64,000 nucleotides of DNA from Eledone cirrhosa (Eukaryota): NCBI GenBank assembly GCA_964016885.1, contig OZ024743.1:77810001-77874000 (forward strand). The letters run 5' to 3'. This document shows, piece after piece, positions 1 to 14,337 of this stretch. The stretch's first letter is position 1. Each line of letters opens with the position of its first letter. Made by a program: the position numbers and the translations under genes. The notes under the pieces were generated by a model. It had not been told where the DNA came from, made no database searches, and was given only the letters and a program-made list of their open reading frames with translations.

Positions 1-195
1 ATGTAAAAAATAGATTAAAAAAAATGGATACAAAATAGATAAAAAATAGATAAAAAAATAGATAAAAAATAGATAAAAAATAAATAAAAGATAAAAAATA
101 AAATAAAAGAAAATAAAGTAAAGTATACACCAGAAGATAAAACAATACACCAAAAAAATGGAGTAAACTATACACCATAAACGAAGGTGTGGGTA

Positions 196-338
196 AGAAT
201 TAATTGGTTAACAAGGCGTATCCGTATCACAGGCAGGAGCATATGCTGGGAAGGTTGCAGGCAAATTCATATACAGCAACCTTCCCAGCATATGCTCCTG
301 CTTGTGATACGGATACACCTTGTTAACCAATTAATTCT
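196..338. repeat. Near-perfect hairpin, ~63-bp arms
   Basis: agaattaattggttaacaaggcgtatcc...gggaaggttgc (196-258) vs gcaaccttccc...ccaattaattct (276-338). Confidence 0.9.
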
Positions 339-1317
339 TGCCTGAGTGCTCAACTCTATGAATGCACATCTGTGTATTGAACTTTGGAGTGTGAACTTTT
401 TGGGATTGCCCAACCGCTCAACTCTATGAATGCACACCTGTGGATTGAACTTTGGAGTGTGAACTTTTGGGACTGTCCAACCTGGGATGTTTCCATTGCA
501 TTGTAATGGTCCACTCAATCTAGTGCGGACATAGCATCTGTTCATAAATAATAAAAACTAAAAAATCTCATTCGAACACTCTATTGTTGAACTGCGGCTA
601 ACTGCAAACACCTAAGGCGTTCGTGTGCTCCTGATATATTCCATATATCACCATGAGTCAACACTGGTGTCACCTTAGGATTTCTATAATAATATTATTA
701 TTACATGCCCCTAATAATTACCATCTTGATTACCCTTATTACATCTTTTTAACCCCAGTTACATTTTTATAAATATGCATTACTTGGACTGATATGGTGT
801 ATATATGTGTATATATATATCCTTATATATAGGTCTCTTTTATATATATTTTTTATATATATTTTTGTATATATTTTTGTATATTTTATATATTGTACGT
901 ATATCACTTGTTGAACATAGCTTGATAGCTTATGCATTTGCCAGTCTTATCTTTACCCACACCTTCATTTATGGTATATAGTTTACTCCATTTTTTTGGG
1001 TGTATTGTTTTATTATCTTCTGGTGTATATTTTACTTTACTTTATTTTATTTATTTTATTTTTATCTATTATCTATTTTTTATCTATTTTTATCTATTTT
1101 TTATCTACCTCTCATCTATTTTTTATCTATCTCTATCTCTTAACTTGTGCCCATCCGTCTATGATATGTTATTTGTATTGAGTGTATACTGTATGTGTTG
1201 CATACGGGTGCTTGTGTGTAGGTGCATGCGGGTGCTCATGCTTATGCGTATACTTGTATGTAGCTGTGTGTTAACGGAACCCTGCCCAACTGTGAGTGAT
1301 AACATTTCTTATTTTTC

Positions 1318-1450
1318 ATTTTTATTTTTATTTTATTTTATTATTTTTATTTTTATTTTTATTTTTATTTTTATTTTTATTTTTATTTTTATTTTTATTT
1401 TTATTTTTATTTTTATTTTTATTTTTATTTTTATTTTTATTTTTATTTTA
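1318..1450. repeat. (TTTTTA)n microsatellite
   Basis: Direct reading. Confidence 0.95.
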
Positions 1451-1563
1451 CTCTTTCTTATTTTACTCCTTTTACTTACTCTTTCAACTCCCCCCAACTT
1501 AAGGTATCCCCACATATATTCTTCTGTTTTGGCTTTGTCAATGCTTGTATACTATGTATTTAC

Positions 1564-1623
1564 TCTTTATGCTCTGAAGAGTCCCACTTCTAGTGTGGGC
1601 GAAACACTGTTAGCAATTAAAGA
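1564..1623 (+). ncRNA. Type I minimal hammerhead ribozyme
   Basis: tgct-CTGAAGA-g t cccac ttctagt gtggg c-GAAA-c act GTT-agca; stem I tgct/agca extended by tcttta/taaaga. Confidence 0.75.
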
Positions 1624-1658
1624 TATACCTATGTTCTAAGCGCTCTTTGTTGTTAATT

Positions 1659-1676
1659 GTATATATATATATATGG

Positions 1677-1770
<94 letters not shown>

Positions 1771-1796
1771 TATGTATATCTATATATCTATATGTA

Positions 1797-1869
<73 letters not shown>

Positions 1870-1917
1870 ATATTATATACATATATATATATATGTATAT
1901 ATATCTATATCTATATG

Positions 1918-1948
<31 letters not shown>

Positions 1949-2167
1949 GTATATATATGTATATATGTATATATATATATATCTATATGTATATATATAT
2001 GTAGTATATCTGTATATATGATATGTATATATATAGTATATTATTTATATATTATATGTATATGTATATATATATGTATATATATATGTATATATATATA
2101 TATATATGTTTATATATATTATATATATATATATATATATATGTATATGTATATATATATCTCTATG

Positions 2168-2230
<63 letters not shown>

Positions 2231-2268
2231 CTCTATGTATATATATATATGTATATATATGTATATGT

Positions 2269-2334
<66 letters not shown>

Positions 2335-2448
2335 TAATATATATAATATATATATATACTATATATATATATATGTATGTATATATTATATATGTATATA
2401 TATGTGTATATGTATAATATATATGTGTATATGTATATGTATATATAT

Positions 2449-2480
<32 letters not shown>

Positions 2481-2484
2481 TACG

Positions 2485-2521
<37 letters not shown>

Positions 2522-2623
2522 GTATATATATATATGTATATGTATATATATGTATATGTATATATATATATGTATATTATATATATGTATATGTATATAT
2601 ATATGTATATGTATATATATATG

Positions 2624-2659
<36 letters not shown>

Positions 2660-2669
2660 TATGTATATG

Positions 2670-2700
<31 letters not shown>

Positions 2701-3211
2701 GTATTTTATATATATATGTATATGTATATGTATATATATATGTATATATGTATATATATATGTATATATGTATATATATATATGTATATATGTATATGTA
2801 TATATGTATATATATATATATATGTATATAATATATATATATGTATATATATATATATGTATATATATATGTATATATATATATGTATATATATATATAT
2901 GTATATGTATATGTATATGTATATATGTATATATGATATATATATATGTATATATAATGTATATATTATAATGTATTTATATATGTATATATATATGTAT
3001 ATATATATGTATATATATATATATATATGTATTATATATATGTATATATATATATGTATATATATATACGTATATATATTATTATGTATATATAATATAT
3101 GTATATATATATATATGTATATATGTATATATATATGTATAGTATATTAGTATATATATATTATATGTATATATATATGTATATATGTATATATATATGT
3201 ATATATATATG

Positions 3212-3246
<35 letters not shown>

Positions 3247-3606
3247 GTGTATATATATATATATGTGTATATATATGTATTATATGTGTATATAGTATAT
3301 ATATGTATATATATATGTGTATATATATATGTATGTATTATAGTATGTATGTATATATATATGTATATATATATGTATATATATATGTATATATGTATAT
3401 ATATATGTATGTATATGTATATGTATATATATATGTATATATATATATATATGTATATATATATGTATATATATGTATATATGTTATATATATACTATAT
3501 ATCTATATGTATATATATATGTATATATAGTATATATGTATATGTATATATATATGTATATATATATATATATATGTATATGTATATATATATGTATATA
3601 TATATG

Positions 3607-3639
<33 letters not shown>

Positions 3640-3725
3640 TATATATATATATATAGTATATATATATATATGTATATGTATATATATATCTCTATGTAAT
3701 ATATATATGTAATATAATATATATA

Positions 3726-3785
<60 letters not shown>

Positions 3786-3805
3786 CTATGTATATATATA
3801 TATGT

Positions 3806-3838
<33 letters not shown>

Positions 3839-3853
3839 ATATTTATATATATG

Positions 3854-3944
<91 letters not shown>

Positions 3945-3984
3945 GTATATGTATATACTATGTGTATATGTATATATATATATG

Positions 3985-4021
<37 letters not shown>

Positions 4022-4049
4022 CTATGTATATATATTATATATATGTATT

Positions 4050-4082
<33 letters not shown>

Positions 4083-4133
4083 GTATATATATATATGTAT
4101 ATGTATATATATATGTATATGTATATATATATG

Positions 4134-4170
<37 letters not shown>

Positions 4171-4177
4171 GTATATG

Positions 4178-4224
<47 letters not shown>

Positions 4225-4331
4225 GTATATATAGATATATGTATATGTATATGTATATATATATGTATATATGTAATATATATATGTATATATGTATATA
4301 TATATATGTATATATGTATATGTATATATGT

Positions 4332-4366
<35 letters not shown>

Positions 4367-5054
4367 GTTATATATAATATATATTGTAATTATATATGTA
4401 GATATATATATATGTATATTATATATGTATATGTATATGTATATGTATAATATGTATATATGTATATATATATATGTATATATATGTATATATATATGTA
4501 TTTATATATGTATATATATATGTATATATATATGTATATATATATATATCTATGTATATATATATGTATATATAATATATGTATATATATATACGTATAT
4601 ATATATATATGTATATATAATATTTATAGTATATATATATATATGTATATATGTATATATATAATGTATATATATATGTATATATATATGTCTATATGTA
4701 TATATATATGTATATATGTATATATATATGTATATATATATGTATATATATATATATATATGTATATTATATATATGTGTATATATATATAGTGAGTATA
4801 TATATGTATATATATGTGTGTATATATATATATATGTATATATATATGTGTATATATATATGTTATGTATATATATATGTATGTATATATATATGTATAT
4901 ATATATGTATATATATATGTATATATGTATATATTATGTATGTATATGTATATGTATATATATATGTATAATATAAATATATGGTATATATATATGTATA
5001 TATATATGTATATATGTATATATAATATGTATATATATATATATATATGTATAT

Positions 5055-5085
<31 letters not shown>

Positions 5086-5087
5086 GG

Positions 5088-5120
<33 letters not shown>

Positions 5121-5229
5121 GTATATATATATATATGTATATATATATATGTATATATATATATGTATATATATATATGTATATGTATATATATATATGT
5201 ATATATATATGTGTATATACATATGTGTA

Positions 5230-5260
<31 letters not shown>

Positions 5261-5394
5261 ATATGTGTATATGTATATATGTATATGTATATATGTATAT
5301 ATATATATGTATATATATATATGTATATATATATATATGTATATATATATATGTGTATATGTATATATGTATATATGTATATATATATATGTAT
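1659..5394. repeat. Compound (TA)n/(TATG)n microsatellite
   Basis: Direct reading; source of the YIYI ORFs. Confidence 0.97.
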
Positions 5395-5399
5395 GGTCA

Positions 5400-6007
5400 T
5401 GGTCACCAGTTGGTGCTACTGGTAACATGTATCCCAGTACAACCTGTCTCATGGTCGGGTCGTTGGCGACTAAACTGGCAACCCCACCAAGGTTTCTTGG
5501 TGAAGGAGGGTGACTTTGGACATCCTGCAGGACTAAAAACAAAACCTGTCAAAGGGCAGAGGAGCTCTTAAGACTCAATAAGCCATCCAAAATCACCGGG
5601 AGAGATGACCCTTTAGCCTTTGTCAAGGCAGAATTCTAGGAGAAGGAAAACTCTGATATAACACCTGCAACCCTGATGGTATCCAATGATGTTGACTTGT
5701 TCTTCTTTTTGGTAAATATCATCTTGGTTAAGAGAGTGGGACTGGCTTTGTGCAGTGCCTTTGCTCACTATAAAAGCTTCACAGCACAGGCATTGCTTTA
5801 TATCTGGAGATCTCTCTGCACTTGTCATCACATGGTACCATGGGCCCTGCACTATGTGTCAATAATGGTCACAAGTGTAGTCTTTGTACCAGAGTTTTCA
5901 AGTCGCTGGCTGGACTAAAAAGTCACATTCGTTCAGCGCATCGGTAGGGGTTCTCCTACATGGATATAAAGTAGTGGCCGTACTCGAAAACGAGTTGACA
6001 GCCACCA
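5400..6007 (+). mobile_element. ~600-bp non-autonomous RTE/BovB-type derivative, copy 1
   Basis: Near-identical to 21424-22027. The 3' part encodes a C2H2 remnant ([19 protein letters not shown]) like RTE ORF C-termini. Terminal stem-loop ctcg-aaaa-cgag; flanked by (TA)n. Confidence 0.7.
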
Positions 6008-6126
6008 AATCTATGTATATATATATATGTGTATATGTATACATGTATATGTATATATGGTATATATATATGTATAGCTATATATATGCATATATATATA
6101 TATGTATATATATATGTACATATATG

Positions 6127-6179
<53 letters not shown>

Positions 6180-6255
6180 TTTATATATGTATATGGTATA
6201 TATATATGAATTAGTTTAGCGAGGTTTTTTATATGAAAATCGTGTGTCGAAACAG

Positions 6256-6392
6256 ATATTGTTATATTTGGGGAGGGTCATATTTGCGTAATATTGCCAG
6301 AATTAATAACAGAACACACTCACAGTGAGTGTGTTCTGTTATTAATTCTGGCAATATTACGCAAATATGACCCTCCCCAAATATAACAATAT
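6256..6392. repeat. Perfect palindrome, 68-bp arms, 1-nt loop
   Basis: atattgttatatttggggagggtc...acacactcac A gtgagtgtgt...gaccctccccaaatataacaatat. Confidence 0.95.
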
Positions 6393-6769
6393 ATATATAT
6401 GTATATGTATATATATGTATATGTATATATATATGTATATGTATATATATGTATATGTATATGTATATATATATGTATATGTATATGTATGTATATGTAT
6501 ATATATATATATGTATATATATATATGTATATGTATATATATATGTATATGTATGTATATGTATATATATATATATGTATATATATATATGTATGTATAT
6601 GTATATATATATATATGTATATATATATATGTATATATATATGTATATATATATATGTATATATATATATGTATGTATATATATATATATGTATATATAT
6701 ATATGTATATATATATATGTATTATAGTATATGTTATATATATATATATGTATATATATATATGTATAT

Positions 6770-6801
<32 letters not shown>

Positions 6802-6920
6802 GTATATATATATGTATATGTATATATATATATATGTATATATATATGTATATGTATATGTATATATATATATATGTATATATGTATATGTATATATGTA
6901 TATATATATGTATATATATG

Positions 6921-6955
<35 letters not shown>

Positions 6956-7016
6956 GTATATTATATATATATGTATATATATATATGTATGTATGTATAT
7001 ATATGTATGTATATGA

Positions 7017-7236
7017 AGGCGTGTGGCTGAGTGGTTAGAGAATTGGATTCGCAATCGTAAGGTTGTGAGTTCGATTCCTGGACCAGGCGATGCGTTATGT
7101 CCTTGAGCAAGACACTTTATTTCACGTTGCTCCTTCTACCTGAAGTTGCGACCGATAGATAGTATTAGCAATTGGAAAGACCAACGGAAACATTGTTCCC
7201 TCGGTCCGATTTGACGAAAGTCGATCGTTCCTTAAT
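7017..7236 (+). mobile_element. tRNA-derived SINE
   Basis: A box TGGCTGAGTGG, B box GTTCGATTCC, then tgtccttgagcaagacact body. Its 3' part is duplicated at 7568-7658. Confidence 0.8.
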
Positions 7237-7253
7237 ATGTATGTATATATATG

Positions 7254-7326
<73 letters not shown>

Positions 7327-7403
7327 GTATATATATATATATGTATATATATATGTGTATATGTATATATATATATGTATATATATATATATGTGTATAT
7401 ATA

Positions 7404-7434
<31 letters not shown>

Positions 7435-7692
7435 GTGTATATATATATATGTGTATATATATATGTATATATATATATGTGTATATATATATATAACTTT
7501 GAATAACTTTGAAATGTTTTGGCCAGTATTGGCCCAGGCATGTCTAACTTAATAGCACCACCTGGCGTTGCGACCGATAGATAGTATTAGCAATTGGAAA
7601 GATCAACGGAAACATTGTTCCCTCGGTCCGATTTGACGAAAGTCGATCGTTCCTTAATATGTATGTATATATATGTATATATATATATATGT

Positions 7693-7746
<54 letters not shown>

Positions 7747-8439
7747 GTATATATAACTCGCTGGTAAACATTCATAACCTTCCAGCTAGCTAATTCTATC
7801 GTATTCTCCAATTCCTTAAATTCCTTAATTCCATCGTATTCCCAAACAAAAAAAACAAAATCCTTCCCATTCTTAATTCTATCGTATCCTCCAATTCCCT
7901 AATTCTATCGTATTCTCAAACAAAAAAACAAAAAACAACAAAATTCCTTTCCATTCTACTTCTTATAATTTACTTTAAATATATATATCATGCTACCTCG
8001 AAAGTCAAAAAATCCCGCTCATACACCCTTCACCCACCATTTTCTTCACGAGGGGTTGCGGTCAGCCACTCTCTCTCTCTCTCTCTCTCTCCCCTTCCCA
8101 CTCTCTCTCTCTCTCTCTTAGCTACACACACACACACACATATATATATAAGATAAATTCCCGTTCATGTTTATTCACTTTCGCCAAACAATTGCTGCTT
8201 CAACTACCCCTACTACGGTGTAACCATGTAATCGTAACGTTCACGTTTTTCCTATCTCCTCCACACACCACAATTTCGTACAAACATCCAATCCCGCAAA
8301 ATCCGAAATCTGTATTTTTTGTTATTTATTAAGGTTTAAATACGGTGTTTTTGTCGTATTGAACAGAACAAATCTTGCAGTTTTGCTTTTTGTTACTCGC
8401 TGGTAAACATTCATAACCTTCCAGCTAGCTACCCCACAT

Positions 8440-8600
8440 CCCTCCCACCCGCCCCCACACACCACCATTCTTAATACGTGGACCAATCATAAGCCAGAGA
8501 CCCCCCCCACACGCATCACCATTATTACTATAAGCCAGAGACCCCCCCCACACGCATCACCATTATTATTATTACGCGGACCAATCATAAGCCAGAGGCC
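8440..8600 (+). promoter_or_regulatory. Putative internal promoter of the RTE 5' UTR
   Basis: GC box cccgccccc, two gaccaatc (CCAAT) boxes, tandem ataagccagagaccccc..cacgcatcacc monomers; mirrored in copy B at ~17990-18150. Confidence 0.4.
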
Positions 8601-8778
8601 TATACTATCGCTTGCACGGTTGCCTTCGATATATGATGGATGGATGGATGGACGGACTGCGGAATCCTGGAGAGTGGAGGGGAGAGAAAAATCTGGACGC
8701 TCAGAGCGAAAATGCAATGCTAAGTCAAATTCACCTCGTGGACGAGAATGCGAGCACTCTTCTTTGTTTCGCCCGCGG

Positions 8779-11700
8779 ATGGCTAACATAACCCCATCTC
8801 CCCCCGCCCCCACACCACCCCCACCCTCCAAACGCGATCCAAAACTTCAGAGTTGGTACCATAAATGTAGGCACCCTAAAGGGGCGCGCTAACGAGGTTG
8901 TAGAAATGCTTGAACGTAAGGAGGTCGATGTTTGTTGTATTCAAGAGACCAGGTGAGGGGTGAGTCTGCTAGATTCATTGAGGGTAAAAAACGATGTTAT
9001 AAGCTTTTCTGGGTGGGAAACGACGATGGGCTGGGTGGAGTAGGAATCATGGTAGCAGAAAAGTGGGCGGATAAGATAATAGACGTAAATAGAGTGAACG
9101 ACAGAATAATTAAAATACGACTTGTCCTCATAGAACTACGGTGACAGTAATATCTGCGTATGCACCCAATCCGGACTGCCGGCACTATAAAAGACAGATT
9201 CTATGAGACACTGATGCTCACTACCTCCCAAATATCTGACAGTGACTATATAATTATTGCAGGCGACCTAAATGGTCACGTTAGGGCAACATTGTGACGG
9301 CTACGACGAAATCCATGGAGGCTATGGGTTTGGTACTAGAAATGAGGAAGGCTCCAGAATCCTGGAATTCTGTGATGCAAATAACCTAACCATCTGTAAC
9401 ACTAACTTCAAAAAATGTGACAATCACCTGATCACCTATAGATCCGGGAACACACAAGCCAGGTAGATTATATCCTTACCAGAAGACGTGACAGAGTGTC
9501 TGTTGTAAACACTAAATCCCTCCCCCATGAAGAATGCACCTCCCACATAGACTGATAATTAGCGACCTCATAGTCAGGTCGAGGACGTACTCGACAGCAG
9601 AAGAGGACTATCCTCAGGAGAAAAATATGGAAGCTAAAGGACCCCACAGCCAAAAATAAATTTCAAAACATATTACTTGATGCTTTCGACAGTAAGGAAG
9701 AACACTTAGAGTCGGACAATATAGAGGGACAGTGGGAATTTCTGAAAGCAAACCTGCTGTTGGCCACAGACGAAGTCTGTGGCTGGAGCAGGCCTGTAGG
9801 CAGGAGGAGAGTAACATGGTGGTGGAACAGTAAGGTGGAGGAGTCAATTAAGGCCAAAAAGCAGGCTTGGAAAGTATGGCGGGATGGGGGAAGTAGAGTA
9901 GACTATCAAGTGGCCAGGAGGAAGCTAGGAGAGAAGTGTACTTAGCAAGAAGGGAAGCTGAGGAAAGAAAGTTCAAGCATGTCCTACAACGCGATGACCA
10001 AAAACGTGAGGTGTCAGGATTGCTAGGCAATGCGTCAAGGAAACCGTGATATTGTCGGGGAGAAGTGTGTACTAACGATGATGGCATACTTGCCATCACC
10101 GACACTTGATAAGAAGGCAGCTTGGAAGTGTCACTATGAAAGGCTACTAAATGAGGAGAATAAATGGGAGAAAGACAGTCTCCCCCATGTCGACCCAATA
10201 GAGGGACCAGCAGTGTTAGTCGAGGGGAGTATAATAAGTAAGGCAATCAAGGATATGAAGACAGGTAAGGCGGCTGGGCCTTCGGAAATAGTTGCTGAGA
10301 TGCTGAAGGCATCTGGCACGGTGGGACACACCATGGTCACCCGCATAGTTAACCAAGTCGTACAGAATGGGGTTGTTCCGAAGGACTGGCATAGCAGCAT
10401 CATCGTTAACTGTTATAAGGGTAAAGGAGACGCCCTAGATAGGAGTAACTATAGAGGCATTAAATTAATCGACCAGGTCATGAAGGTCACAGAAAAAGTA
10501 ATAGCGCAACTAATCAGAGAGAGAATTGACCTAGATGAAATGCAGTTCGGGTTTGTGTCAGGCAAAAGTACCACAGACGCTCTTTTCATAGTACGACAAC
10601 TACAGGAGAAGTACCTAGCTAAAGGTAAACCCCTCTACTTAGCTTTTGTCGACTTGGAGAAAGCCTTCGACAGAGTCCCCCGCTCCATTATCTGGTGGGC
10701 TCTTAGAAAACTAGGCGTTGACGAATGGCTTGTGAGGGCTATACAAGCCATGTATAAAGAAAACAGTCAGCAAGGTTAGAATTAACAACGAATATAGTGA
10801 AGAGTTTAGCGTAAAAGTTGGCGTCCATCAGGGCTCTGTTCTCAGCCCCCTACTATTTATTATTGCCCTTCAGGCTATAACAGAGGAGTTCAAGACAGGC
10901 TGCCCATGGGAACTCCTATACGCAGACGACCTGACACTCATAGCGGAATCAATGGCCGAGCTAGAGAAGAAATTCCAAACATGGAGCACGGCCTAGAGTC
11001 AAAAGGACTTAAAATTAACCTGGCTAAGACCAAAGTTCTAGTTTGTAGGAAAGAAAACAAGGCGGCGGTCCCTTCTGGGAAATGGTCGTGCTCGGTGTGT
11101 AGGAAAGGCGTAGGTAGAAACTCCATTTTGTGTCCTAAATGCAAAGTATGGGTGCATAAAAGATGTAGTGGGATCACAGGTAAGCTAACTAAGAACATAG
11201 ATTTTACATGTGGCCGGTGTTCTGGTGCAATAAGTAGCAGCAAGTGCCCACACAATACTAGCTCTTTCAATTGCGCAGAGGGTTCTATAGAAATAGTGGA
11301 CAGCTTCCGTTACCTGGGCGATAAAATCAGCAGTGGGGAGGGTGCTCTGAAAGTACTGTAGCTAGAGTCAGAACTGGTTGGAAAAAGTTCAGAGAGCTTA
11401 TACCACTATTAGCTGCTAAAGGGTTCTCCCTAAAAATGAAAGGCAGGTTGTACGATGCCTGCATTACGAACAGCAATGTTGCATGCAGTGAGACCTGGCA
11501 TTGTGTGCAGAGGATATACGCAGACTAGAGAGGAACGAAGCTTGCATGCTCCGCTGGATGTGTAACAGTAATATACGTGAACGGCAAAGCATAAACGAAC
11601 TAAGGAAAAAATTAGAGATAAGAGGGATCAGATGTTGTTTACTCGAGAGAAAGGCTACGTTGGTATGGACACGTGATGCGCATGAAAGTCGATAGCTGTA

Positions 11701-11885
11701 TAACAAAGTGCAGGGCAATAAAGATAGACGGTAGCCACGGAATAGGCAGACCTAGAAAAACCTGGGACGAGCTGATAAACTCCGACCTCACACACTTACA
11801 CCTCTCCAAGACAATGTCACTGGACCGAGACCTTTGGCGGTACTCAGTAACAGAGAAGACCCGCCTTGCCAGTAGGCATCTCTAA
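8779..11885 (+). pseudogene. RTE ORF (APE-RT-PHD-like insert), multiple 1-bp frameshifts
   Basis: NYRGIKL, QFGF, AFVDLEKAFDRV, YADD, CSVC...HKRC; broken relative to copy B. Confidence 0.9.
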
Positions 11886-12234
11886 CAAAATACACCCCGT
11901 CCCACACCACCACCCCCACCCCATCCACACCACCCCGTCCTATGTAAAGTTATGTTGGTGCCGCGCCATCCGGGCCGAAACAAATGAGATCGTGTAGGTG
12001 TCACGACAAAAAAACACACAGTCCACGCTGTAATGTGGCCGTGTAGGCAACACGGTAAAAACCTCCCAGACCCACACTGTAAATGTGGTTGGTGTTAGGA
12101 AGGGCATCCAACTGTAGAAAACCTGCCAGACAGTCCTATGCGAGCAAGACAATCACTCTTGCCTCAAGTGGGACTACCCCCGTCCAAACCCATGCAAGCG
12201 TGGAACACGGACGTTAAACGTTGATGATGATGAT

Positions 12235-12298
12235 ATATATGTGTATATATATTGTATGTATATATATTTGTATGTATATATATATGTATATATATATG

Positions 12299-12329
<31 letters not shown>

Positions 12330-12620
12330 ATATATATGTATATATATATATGTATATATATATGTATATATAAATGTATATATATATATATGTATATATA
12401 TATATGTATATATATATGTGTATATATATATGTGTATATATATATGTATATATATGTATATTTATATATGTATATGTGTATATGTATATGTATATATGTA
12501 TATGTATATATGTATATGTATATATGTATATGTATATATGTATATGTATATATGTATATGTGTATATGTATATGTATATATGTATATATATATATATATG
12601 TATGTATATATATATATATG

Positions 12621-12699
<79 letters not shown>

Positions 12700-12712
12700 G
12701 TATATATATATG

Positions 12713-12755
<43 letters not shown>

Positions 12756-13446
12756 ATATATATATATATCTATATATATATATATATGTATATATATATG
12801 TGTGTATATATATTTATATATATGTATATATATATGTATATATATATGTATATATATGTATATATATATATATGTATATATATATATGTATATATATATG
12901 TATGTATATATATATATATGTATATATATATATGTATATATATACGTATGTATATATATATGTATGTATATATATATGTATGTATATATATATGTATATA
13001 TATATATATGTATATATATATGTATGTATATATGTATGTATATATATATGTATATGTATATATATATGTATATATATATGTATATATATATATATATATA
13101 CATGTATATATATATGTATATATATATATGTATATATATATGTATATATATATGTATATATATATATATGTATATATATATCTGTATATATATATATGTA
13201 TATATATATGTGTATATATATATGTGTATATATATATGTATATATATGTATATTTATATATGTATATGTGTATATGTATATGTATATATGTATATGTATA
13301 TATGTATATGTATATATGTATATGTATATATGTATATGTATATATGTATATGTGTATATGTATATGTATATATGTATATATATATATATATATGTATGTA
13401 TATATATATATATGTATGTATATATATATATATATATATATTATAG

Positions 13447-13477
<31 letters not shown>

Positions 13478-13508
13478 GATATATATATGTATATATATAT
13501 GTATATAC

Positions 13509-13539
<31 letters not shown>

Positions 13540-13541
13540 CT
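12235..13541. repeat. (TA)n compound microsatellite spacer
   Basis: Direct reading. Confidence 0.95.
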
Positions 13542-14065
13542 ATCATCATCATCATCATCATCATCAACGTTTAACGTCCGTGTTCCACGCTTGCATGGGT
13601 TTGGACGGGGGTAGTCCCACTTGAGGCAAGAGTGATTGTCTTGCTCGCATAGGACTGTCTGGCAGGTTTTCTACAGTTGGATGCCCTTCCTAACACCAAC
13701 CACATTACAATGTGGGTCTGGGAGGTTTTTTACCGTGTTGCCTACACGGCCACATTACAGCGTGGACTGTGTGTTTTTTTTGTCGTGACACCTACACGAT
13801 CTCATTTGTTTCGGCCTCGATGGCGCGGCACCAACATAACTTTACATAGAACGGGGGTGGTGTGGATGGGGTGGGGGTGGCGGCGGGAGGGGTGTATTTT
13901 GTTAGAGATGCCTACTGGCAAGGCGGGTCTTCTCTGTTACTGAGTACCGCCAAAGGTCACGGTCCAGTGACATTGTCTTGGAGAGGTGTAAGTGTGTGAG
14001 GTCGGAGTTTATCAGCTCATCCCATGTTTTTCTAGGTCTGCCTATTCCGTGGCTACCGTCTATCT
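13542..14065 (-). mobile_element. 3' terminal fragment of the same RTE
   Basis: Matches 14337-14855; (CAT)n tail on + strand. Confidence 0.9.
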
Positions 14066-14303
14066 ATATATATATATATCTATATATATATATATATATT
14101 ATGTATATATATATGTGTGTATATATATGTATATATATGTATATATATATGTATATATATATGTATATTATATGTATATATATATATGTATATATATATA
14201 TGTATATATATATGTATGTATATATATATATATGTATATATATATATGTATATATATACGTATGTATATATATATGTATGTATATATATATGTAATATAT
14301 ATG

Positions 14304-14336
<33 letters not shown>

Positions 14337-14337
<1 letters not shown>

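Larger units (their letters stand above)
1..1640 (+). mobile_element. Decayed 3' portion of a Penelope-like element with inverted 5' segment and terminal hammerhead
   Basis: 1-197 is the reverse complement of ~952-1135. A hammerhead core lies at 1564-1623, just before the (TA)n tract. Only weak, frameshifted GIY-YIG-like remnants at ~340-620. Confidence 0.5.
7756..12234 (+). mobile_element. RTE-clade LINE, copy A (full length, frameshifted)
   Basis: APE endonuclease + RT ORF pieces, 3' UTR and (TGA)n tail; near-identical reverse complement of copy B. Confidence 0.93.

Noticed and set aside
7017-7090. tRNA gene
   Set aside because: A/B boxes present but no proper acceptor stem; continues into a SINE body
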